Positions 10,522 to 20,661 of a stretch of 64,000 nucleotides of DNA are shown piece after piece. The first letter of the stretch is position 1; each line of letters opens with the position of its first letter. The stretch spans positions 114,385 to 178,384 of the forward strand of contig SVIH01000001.1 in assembly GCA_015069575.1 (NCBI GenBank). Direction: 5' to 3'. This stretch comes from Clostridiales bacterium. GTDB taxonomy: Bacteria; Bacillota; Clostridia; Christensenellales; QALW01. The translations under genes and the position numbers were made by a program. Under the pieces are notes generated by a model that was given only the letters and a program-made list of their open reading frames with translations, had not been told where the DNA came from and did no database searches.

Positions 10522-12253
10522 TAATAGCACCCCCAATCTGTTGGGTATAAACTTCTCTATAAATTTCTGAGTTTTTAAGAAGTTCTTCGTGTTTACCAAT
10601 AGCAGAAATTTCACCATTATTCATAACAATAATCTTATCTGCATCCATAACGGAAGCAACACGCTGTGCAATTATTATTTTTGTAGTTTCAGGTATATAT
10701 GTTTTAAAACTTTTCCTTATCATTGCATCTGTTTTAGTGTCAACTGCGCTGGTAGAATCATCTAAAATTAATATTTTAGGTTTTTTTAACAAAGCCCTTG
10801 CAATACAAAGTCTTTGTTTTTGACCGCCTGAAACATTAGAACCACCTTGTTCAATAAAAGTATCGTATTTATCAGGAAAACTCATAACAAAATCATGCGC
10901 ACAAGCAAGTTTACAAGCCTCAACAAGTTCTTCATCAGTTGCATCTTTGTTACCCCAACGAAGATTTTCTTTAATTGTGCCTGAAAACAACAGATTTTTT
11001 TGTAAAACTACCGCAACGGAAGATCTTAATGCATTAAGTTCATAATCTTTAACGTTTACTCCACCAACTAAAACTTCTCCTTCAGTTGTATCATAAAGCC
11101 TTGAAATCAGCTGTATCAATGATGATTTACTTGAACCTGTACCACCGATTATTCCAACAGTTTCACCTGATTTTATTGATAAATTTATGTTTGAAAGTGC
11201 ATATTTCTTTGCTTTATCGGAATATTTAAAAAATACGTTCTTAAATTCAACAGATCCATTTTTTATATCAAAAATGGGGGAGTCTGGTTCTTTAATATTT
11301 GGCGTTTCAACTAAAACCTCGTCAATTCTTTTAATTGATTCAGCAGACATAGTTAAAATTACGTATATCATTGAAAGCATCATAAGTTGCATTAAAATTT
11401 GCATACCGTATGTAAGCATAGCAGATATATGACCAATTTTAACAACTTCACCTCCGCTTTGAACAATAAGCATTGAACCTACTATCAAAACGAATATCAT
11501 ATTAAAATATAAACAAATCTGCATTAAAGGTGTGTTTAATGCAACCATTCTTTCCGCGCGGGTAAAATCTTTGCAAATTTCATTTGATGCAATATCAAAC
11601 TTTTTGTTCTCAAATTCTTCTCTTGAATAACCTTTAACAACACGCATCCCGCGAACATTTTCTTCAATAGATTCATTTAATTTATCGTATTTTTTAAAAA
11701 CACTTCTGAATGCAGGCATTGCTTTGTTACCAATAATAAGTAATCCAAAGGCCAAAAGGGGAACAATTACAACAAAAGTTAATGCAAGTTTACCACCCAT
11801 AATAGATGCCATGATAATAGCGCAAATAAGCATTAGAGGAGCACGAACTGCAATACGAATAAGCATCATATAAGCCATTTGAACATTGCCAATATCAGTA
11901 GTAAGTCTTGTAACTAGTGATGATGACGAAAATTTATCTATATTCGAAAAGGAAAATGTTTGGATTTTGCTAAAAACTTCTTTTCTTAAATTTTTAGCAA
12001 ATCCACCTGACGCTTTAGCGCTTGTAAAACCTGCAATACCACCACAGCAAAGGGAAATACATGCCATTACAGCAAGCACAACACACGCTTTTATAACGCT
12101 GTTTAATGGGGCGCTTTTTTCTATATTATCTATTATCTCAACTGTAATAAAAGGAATAAAAACTTCAATAGCAACTTCTAATATAATAAACACAAATGTT
12201 AATATAGTAGGAAGTTTATATTCTTTTATACATTTTATCAATCGTTTAAACAT
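10514..12253 (-). CDS. ABC exporter, fused permease/ATPase (partner half-transporter)
   Basis: TM domain plus GGTGSSKSS, VSGGQKQRL and ILILDDSTSAVD. It overlaps the downstream paralog, as expected for a heterodimeric pair. Confidence 0.85.
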   Translation of the reverse strand: MFKRLIKCIKEYKLPTILTFVFIILEVAIEVFIPFITVEIIDNIEKSAPLNSVIKACVVLAVMACISLCCGGIAGFTSAKASGGFAKNLRKEVFSKIQTFSFSNIDKFSSSSLVTRLTTDIGNVQMAYMMLIRIAVRAPLMLICAIIMASIMGGKLALTFVVIVPLLAFGLLIIGNKAMPAFRSVFKKYDKLNESIEENVRGMRVVKGYSREEFENKKFDIASNEICKDFTRAERMVALNTPLMQICLYFNMIFVLIVGSMLIVQSGGEVVKIGHISAMLTYGMQILMQLMMLSMIYVILTMSAESIKRIDEVLVETPNIKEPDSPIFDIKNGSVEFKNVFFKYSDKAKKYALSNINLSIKSGETVGIIGGTGSSKSSLIQLISRLYDTTEGEVLVGGVNVKDYELNALRSSVAVVLQKNLLFSGTIKENLRWGNKDATDEELVEACKLACAHDFVMSFPDKYDTFIEQGGSNVSGGQKQRLCIARALLKKPKILILDDSTSAVDTKTDAMIRKSFKTYIPETTKIIIAQRVASVMDADKIIVMNNGEISAIGKHEELLKNSEIYREVYTQQIGGAINE

Positions 12254-12336
12254 AAATGTATCCTCTCGTAAAATTAAAAATATTGTAATTTATATATAAA
12301 CATTATAAAGCCAAAGGTGTATCCTTGGCTTTATTT

Positions 12337-13119
12337 TTATTCTTTAGTTAAAAGATCGCTTCTATTAAATTCTGCAACAAGGTCATCAGCAGCATAAGCC
12401 ATTTTAGGCGCAACAGGAATGATTAATTCTTTTGCAGTTTGTTGAAAACCACGGGTTTTTGTATAATAAAATATAATTGCGTCCTGACCGTAAATTTCTT
12501 TGCGTTCTACACGATGATAAGTTATACCGTTATCACCAAAGAAACATACTTTGCCACAGTACCAAATACCACTTCTTGAAAAAATAATTTCTTTAGCATC
12601 ACCAAAAATTTTAGTTCTGAATTTTAATAATAAATACTGAACATAGGGTAGAGTATAAATTCCGCATATAAGAAGAATTATTGAAATAAATAAAAACACA
12701 ATCCCAAGATAATGTGATGCAATATTTAAAATCATTATTACGCTAATAATTAAAATTATTAGTGAACATAATGTAAAATTCCAAAAAGAAGTTTTACTTT
12801 GCCTACGACACATTTTACGATAAAAATTATATATGGTTTCGGGTTTGTATTTCCAGATGGCATATAAATTTTCGTTTATACTATCTGCAATATTTTGTTT
12901 TATTGAGGCAATAACACTTATAATTATACCACCAAGTAAACCAAAAACTGCAACAACAAAAATATAATATATCATTTCTGTGTACATATCGGCTTGAAGC
13001 ATATAGTAAATAACTATTATCGATAATATTGGTAATGCTAATAAAACAATTCCTATTGCCTTTAAAATATCAAGATGATTCTGATATGCAGTATTTAGTT
13101 TTTGTTTTTTATTTTTCAT
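12337..13119 (-). CDS. Polytopic membrane protein of unknown function with a C-terminal soluble domain
   Basis: Four hydrophobic helices followed by an about 90-aa soluble tail. The start is 4 nt after the stop of the upstream paralogous ORF. Confidence 0.5.
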   Translation of the reverse strand: MKNKKQKLNTAYQNHLDILKAIGIVLLALPILSIIVIYYMLQADMYTEMIYYIFVVAVFGLLGGIIISVIASIKQNIADSINENLYAIWKYKPETIYNFYRKMCRRQSKTSFWNFTLCSLIILIISVIMILNIASHYLGIVFLFISIILLICGIYTLPYVQYLLLKFRTKIFGDAKEIIFSRSGIWYCGKVCFFGDNGITYHRVERKEIYGQDAIIFYYTKTRGFQQTAKELIIPVAPKMAYAADDLVAEFNRSDLLTKE

Positions 13120-13123
13120 TATA

Positions 13124-13756
13124 TTAACCGTTTAAAAATTCGTTCAAATCCAATATAAATGCATCGACCGTTGCAATTTTATCTTCAGGAATATCAATAA
13201 CTATTGAATGTTCTTTTTTTCTTTGTAAGATGTTTATAACTAATTTTTTATTATCGTTTTTTACACTAAGTATTCCATTAGAATATCCATTAAATACAGT
13301 TGATTTTCTACCTAATATTAAACCCACATGAGAAAGAACAAAACTATCAATATTTTTGTATTTTTCTTCAAGGCGCTTAATTCCCATAAGCCACCAACCT
13401 AAACATGCAAATGCAATTGATAAGGATAACAATATATTAGAAATAATATTAAAAGAATTTATTGAAAAAACAATGCCGAATACAATTCCGATAAAAAGTG
13501 CTATATAAAAAGGTGTTTTTTGTGGTTTAATGTTATCTGTTTTTGCATTCCATGATACAATTTTTTTAGATAATAAATAATCAATTCGCGCAATTTTAAA
13601 TTTAAATATTGATAAAATTGAATAAGCAAGAACAAATAATATAAAAAGAATTAAAATTACAGAATAAATTATACCTTTTAAACCTAATAAACTGTAGTTA
13701 ATTATTGGCACTATTAAAGCAAAAATAAAAGAAGTTATTAAAAACAATATATCCAT
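13124..13756 (-). CDS. Polytopic membrane protein of unknown function, architecture paralogous to 12337..13119
   Basis: Four hydrophobic helices plus an about 75-aa soluble tail. The ATG lies 2 nt after the galT stop (TAAtaATG). Confidence 0.5.
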   Translation of the reverse strand: MDILFLITSFIFALIVPIINYSLLGLKGIIYSVILILFILFVLAYSILSIFKFKIARIDYLLSKKIVSWNAKTDNIKPQKTPFYIALFIGIVFGIVFSINSFNIISNILLSLSIAFACLGWWLMGIKRLEEKYKNIDSFVLSHVGLILGRKSTVFNGYSNGILSVKNDNKKLVINILQRKKEHSIVIDIPEDKIATVDAFILDLNEFLNG

Positions 13757-13758
13757 TA

Positions 13759-15258
13759 TTAAACCTCAAAGCCACAAGCAACAAGGAATTTTTTTAAGCC
13801 TTCTTTTCCTTCTTCGTCTTCCTTAAAAACACCTGCATCTCTTAAAACATTTTCGCAAACTTCGCCAACAATATTGTAAATATATTTTATGGCATCATTA
13901 AAATCATCGGGCTTATAATTATCTTTAAATGAATTAAACCAATTATAATGAACGCTTGTTTTATCAAGTTCTTGTTTATTAATCCATATGTTTGCTATAT
14001 CATCAAGTTCAGTTTTTAATCTGCCGGGAAGAATAAACAATCCCATTACTTCAATAAGACCAATATTTTCTTTTTTAATATTGTGTTTGTTGGGATGGGG
14101 GTGGTATACACCTAACGGGAATTCTTCAGTGGTAAGATTATTTCTTAAAACAATATCACATTCATAAAGACCATTAGAGTTAATTCTTGCAATAGGCGTA
14201 ATCGTGTTATGCTCAATTCCATCGGTATAAGCAAAAATATTAAGTGATTCATCTGAATAATTTTGCCATGTTTCAAGAATATTAGTCGCTACTTTTATAA
14301 CCTTATCACAATCTTGGCTTGAAAGGCGAATACATGTCATTGGCCAATTAACAATTGATGCTTTAACGCCATTTTCTTTACAGTCAAAAACATAAAGATC
14401 TTCTGCTTTTTCCATCGGCATAATATGCCTTCCACCTTGAAAATGCTCATGTGTTAATATTGATCCGCCAACAACAGGAAGTTGTGTATTAGAGCCAATA
14501 AAATAATGGGGGAATTTTTTTATAAAATCAAATAAACGAACAAATTTTCTTTTATTCATAGTCATAGGTGTATGCTCTGAACAAAAAACAATGCAGTGTT
14601 CATCGTAATATACATATGGGCTATACTGAAAATTCCATGTTTCATTATCAAGTTCAATAGGAATAGTTCTTAAAGTTTCATGTGAAGGATATCCAAGCCT
14701 GCCTTGGTATCCAACATTTTCAAGACAAAGCATGCACTTTGGATAATTAGTTTGCGGCATGGACTTTTGTTTTTCAATTTCTTTAGGATCTTTTTCAGGT
14801 TTGGTAAGGTTAATTGTTATTTCCATTGTGCCGTATGACGATTCATAGTCATACTTAATGTTTTTAGCCACATCTGCTGTGCGAATATAGTTAATATCCC
14901 TACATAAATCATAAAACCAATTTGTTGCTTTTTCAGGTGATTCTTCATAAAGATTTTTGAAGATTTCTTGTGCCTGTGACTGCATCATAAGCATACATCC
15001 ACAAATTTTTGTATCAAACATTGCGCGATAAGCAGCAGTATTCATTTCTAACATACCTTTTTCTGCAGCATAATCAACCATTTCTTCCAAAACAGGAATA
15101 ATGGATTCCGGAATTTCTACAGAATCTTCAAAAATTGATGTAACATTAAAAAGAGACATAAGTCTGTTTCTGATTAAAGACATATCAACCTTATAGCAAA
15201 GACCTTTTTTTACTGCAAATTGTGTGCAAATTTCAATAAGTTCTTTAATATCGCGCAT
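13759..15258 (-). CDS. galT: Galactose-1-phosphate uridylyltransferase, long Firmicutes (type 2) form
   Basis: About 500-aa GalT with CMLC...H.H-type motifs (PKCMLCLENVGY, LTHEHFQGG). The ATG at 15258 is preceded by GGAGG; the track start at 15273 is a TTG inside that RBS. Confidence 0.85.
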   Translation of the reverse strand: MRDIKELIEICTQFAVKKGLCYKVDMSLIRNRLMSLFNVTSIFEDSVEIPESIIPVLEEMVDYAAEKGMLEMNTAAYRAMFDTKICGCMLMMQSQAQEIFKNLYEESPEKATNWFYDLCRDINYIRTADVAKNIKYDYESSYGTMEITINLTKPEKDPKEIEKQKSMPQTNYPKCMLCLENVGYQGRLGYPSHETLRTIPIELDNETWNFQYSPYVYYDEHCIVFCSEHTPMTMNKRKFVRLFDFIKKFPHYFIGSNTQLPVVGGSILTHEHFQGGRHIMPMEKAEDLYVFDCKENGVKASIVNWPMTCIRLSSQDCDKVIKVATNILETWQNYSDESLNIFAYTDGIEHNTITPIARINSNGLYECDIVLRNNLTTEEFPLGVYHPHPNKHNIKKENIGLIEVMGLFILPGRLKTELDDIANIWINKQELDKTSVHYNWFNSFKDNYKPDDFNDAIKYIYNIVGEVCENVLRDAGVFKEDEEGKEGLKKFLVACGFEV

Positions 15259-15334
15259 ATTAAAATCCTCCAAATAATTATATGTATATATAATAGAATA
15301 AATATATTATTTTGTCAATTAAATATAAAATTAG

Positions 15335-15363
15335 TTGAACTTTTATTAATAATATGATATACT
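15335..15363 (+). promoter_or_regulatory. Sigma-A type promoter for galK
   Basis: TTGAAC, 17 nt, then TATACT in the divergent galT/galK intergenic region. Confidence 0.4.
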
Positions 15364-15399
15364 TTTTTTAAAATAATTAAAAGGATATTTTTTAAAATT

Positions 15400-16665
15400 A
15401 TGGGATTAATCAAAGACATCAAAAACACACAAAACTTAAAAAAAATATATGGAGAAAACGCTAAATTTCAACTTGACCGTTATGAAAAAATTCAAAATAA
15501 ATTTATAGAACTTTTTGGTCAAGAACCTTCAGGCTTTTTTTCAACATCAGGCAGAAGTGAAATAATAGGAAATCATACTGACCACAACCATGGATGCGTA
15601 ATGGCCGCAGGTATAAATCTTGATGCTGTTGCCGCTGTTATAAAAACAGATGATAATAATGTGTATTTTGCTTCTGAAGGTTATAAAGATATGAATATAA
15701 TTGATCTTGATGACCTTACATTAAATACAAAAGAACGGGGTACAACAACTTCTCTTATCCGTGGTATTGCATATCATATGAAAGAAGACCTTGGCTATAA
15801 TATAGGTGGTTTTAAGGCTTATGTTCAAAGCGATGTATTTCGTGGTAGCGGTCTTTCATCTTCTGCTGCTATTGAAGTACTTATTTATACTATTTTTAAT
15901 TTCTTGTATAATGATGGCAAACTTGATAATGTTGAAGGTGCTAAAACAAGCCAATGGGCCGAAAACAATTATTTTGGTAAACCTTGCGGATTAATGGATC
16001 AAACAGCATGCGCTTTAGGAAAACTTGTATTTATTGATTTTGCTGACCCAACAAATCCAATAATTGAAGGTATAGATTTTGATTTTAATAAAGAAGGATA
16101 TTCTATAATAATTACGGATGTTCATGCTGATCATGCCGATCTTACACAGGAATATGCTGCAATCACAGAAGAAATGAAAGCAGTTGCTAAATACTTTGGC
16201 AAAGAATATTTGCGCGATGTAAATGAAAATGTATTTTACAGCAGTTTAATGAATCTTCGTGAATGTGTTTCCGATCGTGCAGTTATGCGTGCAATTCACT
16301 TTTTTGATGAAAACAAACGTGTTTTACAGGCTGTTGAAGCAATTAAAAATAAGAATTTAAAACAATTTTTTAATGCTATATCAGACTCTGGTGAATCAAG
16401 TTGGAAACTTTTACAAAACACTCATGCAACCGGAAGCTGTCAACAAGCAATGACACTTGCCCTTGCGCTTTCACAAAAATTACTTGATGGGGAAGGTGCA
16501 TGTAGGGTTCATGGCGGTGGATTTGGCGGAACAATTCTTGCGTTTGTTCCTAAAAAAATACAAAATTATTATATTTCTGAAATGGAAAAAATATTTGGCA
16601 AAGGTGCATGTAACGAACTTTCTGTTCGCCCAATAGGTACATCTGATGTTGAAATCCAAGGATAA
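15400..16665 (+). CDS. galK: Galactokinase (GHMP kinase)
   Basis: GRSEIIGNHTDHNHG galactokinase signature, GSGLSSSAA GHMP motif, GGGFGG near the C-terminus. Confidence 0.9.
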   Translation: MGLIKDIKNTQNLKKIYGENAKFQLDRYEKIQNKFIELFGQEPSGFFSTSGRSEIIGNHTDHNHGCVMAAGINLDAVAAVIKTDDNNVYFASEGYKDMNIIDLDDLTLNTKERGTTTSLIRGIAYHMKEDLGYNIGGFKAYVQSDVFRGSGLSSSAAIEVLIYTIFNFLYNDGKLDNVEGAKTSQWAENNYFGKPCGLMDQTACALGKLVFIDFADPTNPIIEGIDFDFNKEGYSIIITDVHADHADLTQEYAAITEEMKAVAKYFGKEYLRDVNENVFYSSLMNLRECVSDRAVMRAIHFFDENKRVLQAVEAIKNKNLKQFFNAISDSGESSWKLLQNTHATGSCQQAMTLALALSQKLLDGEGACRVHGGGFGGTILAFVPKKIQNYYISEMEKIFGKGACNELSVRPIGTSDVEIQG

Positions 16666-17869
16666 TTTTTATGCTGTTTTAATTTCGGCAACACTGTGTG
16701 TAATTATATTATTATGTTCTGCAATTGTTTTTGATTTAAATATCCTTGAACATAATGTTTATGATAGTTATACCCGCCAAGCTTTAGCATGGCGTGAAGG
16801 CAGGACATATTTAAACGATAATCCTGAATCAATTAAATATCTTGAACTTGCCATTTATGAAGGCAAATATTATGTTAGTTTTCCACCCGTACCATCTATA
16901 ATTGAATATTTTTTAACATTTATATTTGGTAATAACACGCCTAACCAGTTAATGCTGTATATTTATACATTAATCAGTTGTATTGCCTTAACAGTTTTAT
17001 TTTATAAAAAATATAACTTATTTCTATCTGTAATACTTGGTTTATTGGCGTCTTTAGGAACAAATATAATTTCTCTTGTTGCCTTTGGCGGAGTATGGCA
17101 TGAAGCACAGTGCTTATCGTTTATGTTATGCTCACTTGCTGTTTTATTTATAAAATCTGATAAAAAAATTCTTAATGGAATATCACTTTTTTGTGCCTCT
17201 CTTGCTGTAGGTTGCCGTCCTTTTACTGTAATATTTATTCCTTTTTTACTTTATGAACTTTATAAAAAAAACATATCAAATAGTTCGGAAAAAAACATAA
17301 AAGAAAAAATTATTTATTTTAAGTTTTTTATACCATATCTTATAGCACCGGCTTTAGTAGCATTTTCACTTATGTTTTATAATGTTATTAGGTTTGATAA
17401 TCCTTTTGAATTTGGACACAATTATTTACCTGAATTTACAAGTGTTGAAGAAGGGCAGTTTAATCTTTCATATCTTATTCCAAACTTAAAACAAGCATTT
17501 AAACTTCCTTTTGAATTTGAACCGGAATTTAAACTAAATATAAATAAGTTTTCTGCAAATATTTTTTATATATTTAACCCGATAATTGCAGTATTTTTTT
17601 ATTACAATATCAAAGCAATTATCAAAAATTTAAAAACATACGATTTAATGTGGCTGTTTGCAGTTATTACATTTATTTTTGCAACATGTATGCATCGTAC
17701 ATTAGGTGGTTTTCAATTTGGCGCAAGATACTTTATTGATTTAATTCCTTATCTGGCATTATACATTATGGGTAAAAATATAAATAAATGGGGCATAATT
17801 GTTTTAACTTTTATTTGTATTTTTGCTGTTTCGTTAAATATTTATGGTGCATTTTCGTTAATGAAATAG
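16646..17869 (+). CDS. Polytopic membrane protein, possibly a GT-C-fold (ArnT/PMT-like) glycosyltransferase
   Basis: About 11 hydrophobic segments with short loops. It overlaps the galK end by 20 nt. The family assignment rests on topology only. Confidence 0.4.
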   Translation: MLKSKDNFYAVLISATLCVIILLCSAIVFDLNILEHNVYDSYTRQALAWREGRTYLNDNPESIKYLELAIYEGKYYVSFPPVPSIIEYFLTFIFGNNTPNQLMLYIYTLISCIALTVLFYKKYNLFLSVILGLLASLGTNIISLVAFGGVWHEAQCLSFMLCSLAVLFIKSDKKILNGISLFCASLAVGCRPFTVIFIPFLLYELYKKNISNSSEKNIKEKIIYFKFFIPYLIAPALVAFSLMFYNVIRFDNPFEFGHNYLPEFTSVEEGQFNLSYLIPNLKQAFKLPFEFEPEFKLNINKFSANIFYIFNPIIAVFFYYNIKAIIKNLKTYDLMWLFAVITFIFATCMHRTLGGFQFGARYFIDLIPYLALYIMGKNINKWGIIVLTFICIFAVSLNIYGAFSLMK

Positions 17870-17897
17870 ATAATAAACATAGGATAAAGGTATTTTT

Positions 17898-19082
17898 ATG
17901 GATAAAGCGTTTTATAAAAATAAAAAATTACATTTCCTTGAGGGCATGCGGGCTTTAATGGCATTCAATGTTATTCTATGTCATTTTTGTTCTGTATACT
18001 ATCCACAAATGATGACAAAAGCTGCAGCAGAAAATGCGAATAATTTTTTAAGCATTTTTGCAACAACTCCTTTAAGTGTAACAATAAATGGAAACATTGC
18101 TGTTGTGTATTTTATGGCTTTGACAGGTTTTCTTGTAGGAATGAGTACGTTTACTAAACCAAAACTTTCGACTAAAGAATTGTTTAGAAAATCATTTTTA
18201 AGATACACAAGATTACTTCCGATTGTTTTGATTGCAACTCTTTTTACATATATTACAATGATATGTAATTTGCAAAAGCATCTATTAATTACAGATCCAC
18301 AAGCAGATTTAGATCATATAAGCAGATATTGTAATTTTGATCCTACGATACCTTCGCTTATTAATAATATTTTTATTAAACCTTTTATTATTGATAGCGA
18401 CTATATTGGTCCTTTCTGGACAATAAAATATGAATTTATAGGATATATATTGGTTTTGTTTGCTTCAACAATTCTACAAAACTTACGTTGGAGAAGAATT
18501 TTATATATTCTTATTGGCATTGCTGCGCCACTTATTTGTTTTGTTATAAATCGCTCTTTAGATATTCATTATACAATATTTATGATTGGTCTGCTTGTTG
18601 CCGATTTAGAGTATAACACCAATGAAACTATACTAAGCAAATATTATAATAAATTTTTAGATAGTAAGGTTTATATTGTAGTCTGTTTAATACTTGGTAT
18701 ATATCTATCCTGCTGCCCAATGTTTTCAACGCCATTATATTCTTTACTTTTAAAAATACCAGGCGTATCAGGTACGCTTATTCGTGGTATTGGTATTTGT
18801 TTATTTATAATCGTTCTATTAAAAACAAAATACTTACAACGAATTTTGAGTTGGAAGCCGCTTCTTGTTTTAGGAAAATGTTCTTTTGAAACTTACGCAC
18901 TCCATTGGCCTTTAATGATGACTGTTGAAGCAGCTTTGTTTTTGGCATTTAGACAATCCCTCTCATATGATGTATCTGCACTTCTTGCTTTTGTTATCTC
19001 ATTACCAGTATTTTACGCATCATCTTTAGGTCTGAATTATTTTATTAATTATACAAAACACAGAAGAAATAATAAAACATAA
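17898..19082 (+). CDS. Acyltransferase family 3 membrane protein (O-acyltransferase)
   Basis: N-terminal FLEGMRALMAFNVILCHF (R/H motif) and about 10 TM segments, typical of the OatA/acyltransferase_3 family. Confidence 0.7.
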   Translation: MDKAFYKNKKLHFLEGMRALMAFNVILCHFCSVYYPQMMTKAAAENANNFLSIFATTPLSVTINGNIAVVYFMALTGFLVGMSTFTKPKLSTKELFRKSFLRYTRLLPIVLIATLFTYITMICNLQKHLLITDPQADLDHISRYCNFDPTIPSLINNIFIKPFIIDSDYIGPFWTIKYEFIGYILVLFASTILQNLRWRRILYILIGIAAPLICFVINRSLDIHYTIFMIGLLVADLEYNTNETILSKYYNKFLDSKVYIVVCLILGIYLSCCPMFSTPLYSLLLKIPGVSGTLIRGIGICLFIIVLLKTKYLQRILSWKPLLVLGKCSFETYALHWPLMMTVEAALFLAFRQSLSYDVSALLAFVISLPVFYASSLGLNYFINYTKHRRNNKT

Positions 19083-19085
19083 AAT

Positions 19086-19114
19086 AAAGCGAGGTAAAAA
19101 TACCTCGCTTTTAA
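19086..19114. terminator. Bidirectional intrinsic terminator between convergent genes
   Basis: aaagcgaggta-aaaa-tacctcgcttt perfect hairpin flanked by A and T runs. Confidence 0.55.
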
Positions 19115-19120
19115 ATTTAT

Positions 19121-19939
19121 TTATTTAATAAAATTTTTTCCGTTTACACTACCACCGTCACAAAGAATATCTACACCTGCTAAATAGCCGTTTCTTTCAT
19201 CTGCCACTGTAGCAATAGCATATCCAAGTTCTTCTGGTAAACCCATGCGCTTTTCTGCTGTTGTTTTTAAAAGCATAGAACCTTCTTCAGCTTCCATTTT
19301 GCCCATATCTGTATCGATAAGTCCAGGACTTAATGAAACAACACGGATATTCTTTGCGCCATATTCAAACGCACATTTAGACGCATACCATATTACGAAT
19401 TTTTTAGATAATCCATAAGCAAGACCTGAGGATTTATATTCATCTTTAATCATTTTACTAAGTTTTAATGATTTCTTTAAGAAATGATCCTCGTTTGTTT
19501 CTGCTAAAGCAAAGGTTTTTTTATTTGCAAGGAAATCAGGAAGTATGTATGCAGAATTAGATGAAATATCAACAATAACACCGCCTTCATTCATTCTTTT
19601 TGAAAATTCCTGGTTAACATAAACTGTACCTAGAGCATTAACACGCATTAACTGTTCAGGCTTTGCCATAGCAGGTGAGAGACCTGCTGAATGAATTACA
19701 TTTTTAATTACACCAAGACTTGCGGCAAACTCAGCAAGAGCAATAACATCCTCTCTTTTTGATGTATCACAAGTTTTAGCATAAGCCTCATAACCAAGTT
19801 CGGTTAATTCTTTAACGGCTGCTTCAAGCTTAGAAAGAGTGCGACCTGTAACAACTATTATTTTTTCTTTAGGCATAAATTTTGCAGCAGCAAGACCCAT
19901 TCCGCTTCCGCCACCGGTAATTACACATACACTTTTCAT
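19121..19939 (-). CDS. Short-chain dehydrogenase/reductase (SDR) family oxidoreductase
   Basis: ITGGGSGMGLAAA Rossmann motif, and an AYGLSKKF segment that fits the catalytic YxxxK motif. Confidence 0.85.
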   Translation of the reverse strand: MKSVCVITGGGSGMGLAAAKFMPKEKIIVVTGRTLSKLEAAVKELTELGYEAYAKTCDTSKREDVIALAEFAASLGVIKNVIHSAGLSPAMAKPEQLMRVNALGTVYVNQEFSKRMNEGGVIVDISSNSAYILPDFLANKKTFALAETNEDHFLKKSLKLSKMIKDEYKSSGLAYGLSKKFVIWYASKCAFEYGAKNIRVVSLSPGLIDTDMGKMEAEEGSMLLKTTAEKRMGLPEELGYAIATVADERNGYLAGVDILCDGGSVNGKNFIK

Positions 19940-20089
19940 AATATTCTCCTTTTATCTTTTTGTTTTGCCAATTATATCATATTAAATGTAAAAAGTAAAT
20001 TCTTTTTTTTATGCAAAAAACAGTATAAATCACATTGTTTTACAAATACTAACAATACAAATTTTTAAAGTAAGGAGAATTTTTAATAT

Positions 20090-20632
20090 ATGAAAGCCAC
20101 AGGAATAGTTAGAAGAATTGATGAACTTGGTAGGGTAGTAATACCTAAGGAAATAAGACGTACTCTCCGTTTTCGTGAAGGCGATCCGCTTGAAATATTT
20201 ACAGATAAAGATGGGGGAGTTGTTTTAAGAAAATATTCAATAATGGGTGATATTGAAGAGCATGCAAAAGAATTTGCTGAATCAATACATCACACATTAG
20301 GTCATACAACGGTTATTACCGATAAAGACATCGTAGTTGCAGCGGCAGGAAAAGGTAAAAAAGATTTAGTTGGTAAAAGCCTTTCTAAAGAACTACAAAA
20401 ACGAATTGATTCACGCAGGGGAATATTAACTGATAAAAAAACAAAAGATATGCCCATTCCTATTATTGAATTTGATCAAACTGAATACAATTCACAATGT
20501 ATTTTGCCAATTTTAGGTGCAGGTGATGTTTTAGGTGCGGTAGTTGTAACTTCAAATGACGATTCTTTAAGTCAGGTAGCTTACAAAAATGCAGAAACAG
20601 CTGCTTATTTTTTAGGTAGCCAGATAGAATAA
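20090..20632 (+). CDS. spoVT: Stage V sporulation protein T (AbrB-type N-domain plus GAF-like C-domain)
   Basis: MKATGIVRRIDELGRVVIPKEIRRTLRFREGDPLEIF swapped-hairpin domain, 180 aa total, GGAG RBS. Confidence 0.85.
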   Translation: MKATGIVRRIDELGRVVIPKEIRRTLRFREGDPLEIFTDKDGGVVLRKYSIMGDIEEHAKEFAESIHHTLGHTTVITDKDIVVAAAGKGKKDLVGKSLSKELQKRIDSRRGILTDKKTKDMPIPIIEFDQTEYNSQCILPILGAGDVLGAVVVTSNDDSLSQVAYKNAETAAYFLGSQIE

Positions 20633-20661
20633 AGAGGATGAAATCATTCATCCTCTTTTTT
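20631..20661 (+). terminator. Intrinsic terminator after spoVT (overlaps the last codons of the convergent recombinase gene)
   Basis: aaagaggatgaa-atca-ttcatcctcttt followed by a T run. Confidence 0.5.

Noticed and set aside
19981-20089. Sigma-G type promoter upstream of spoVT
   Set aside because: A GTATA -35-like element is present, but no convincing CATnnTA -10 lies at 17-18 nt spacing, so it cannot be supported by eye.
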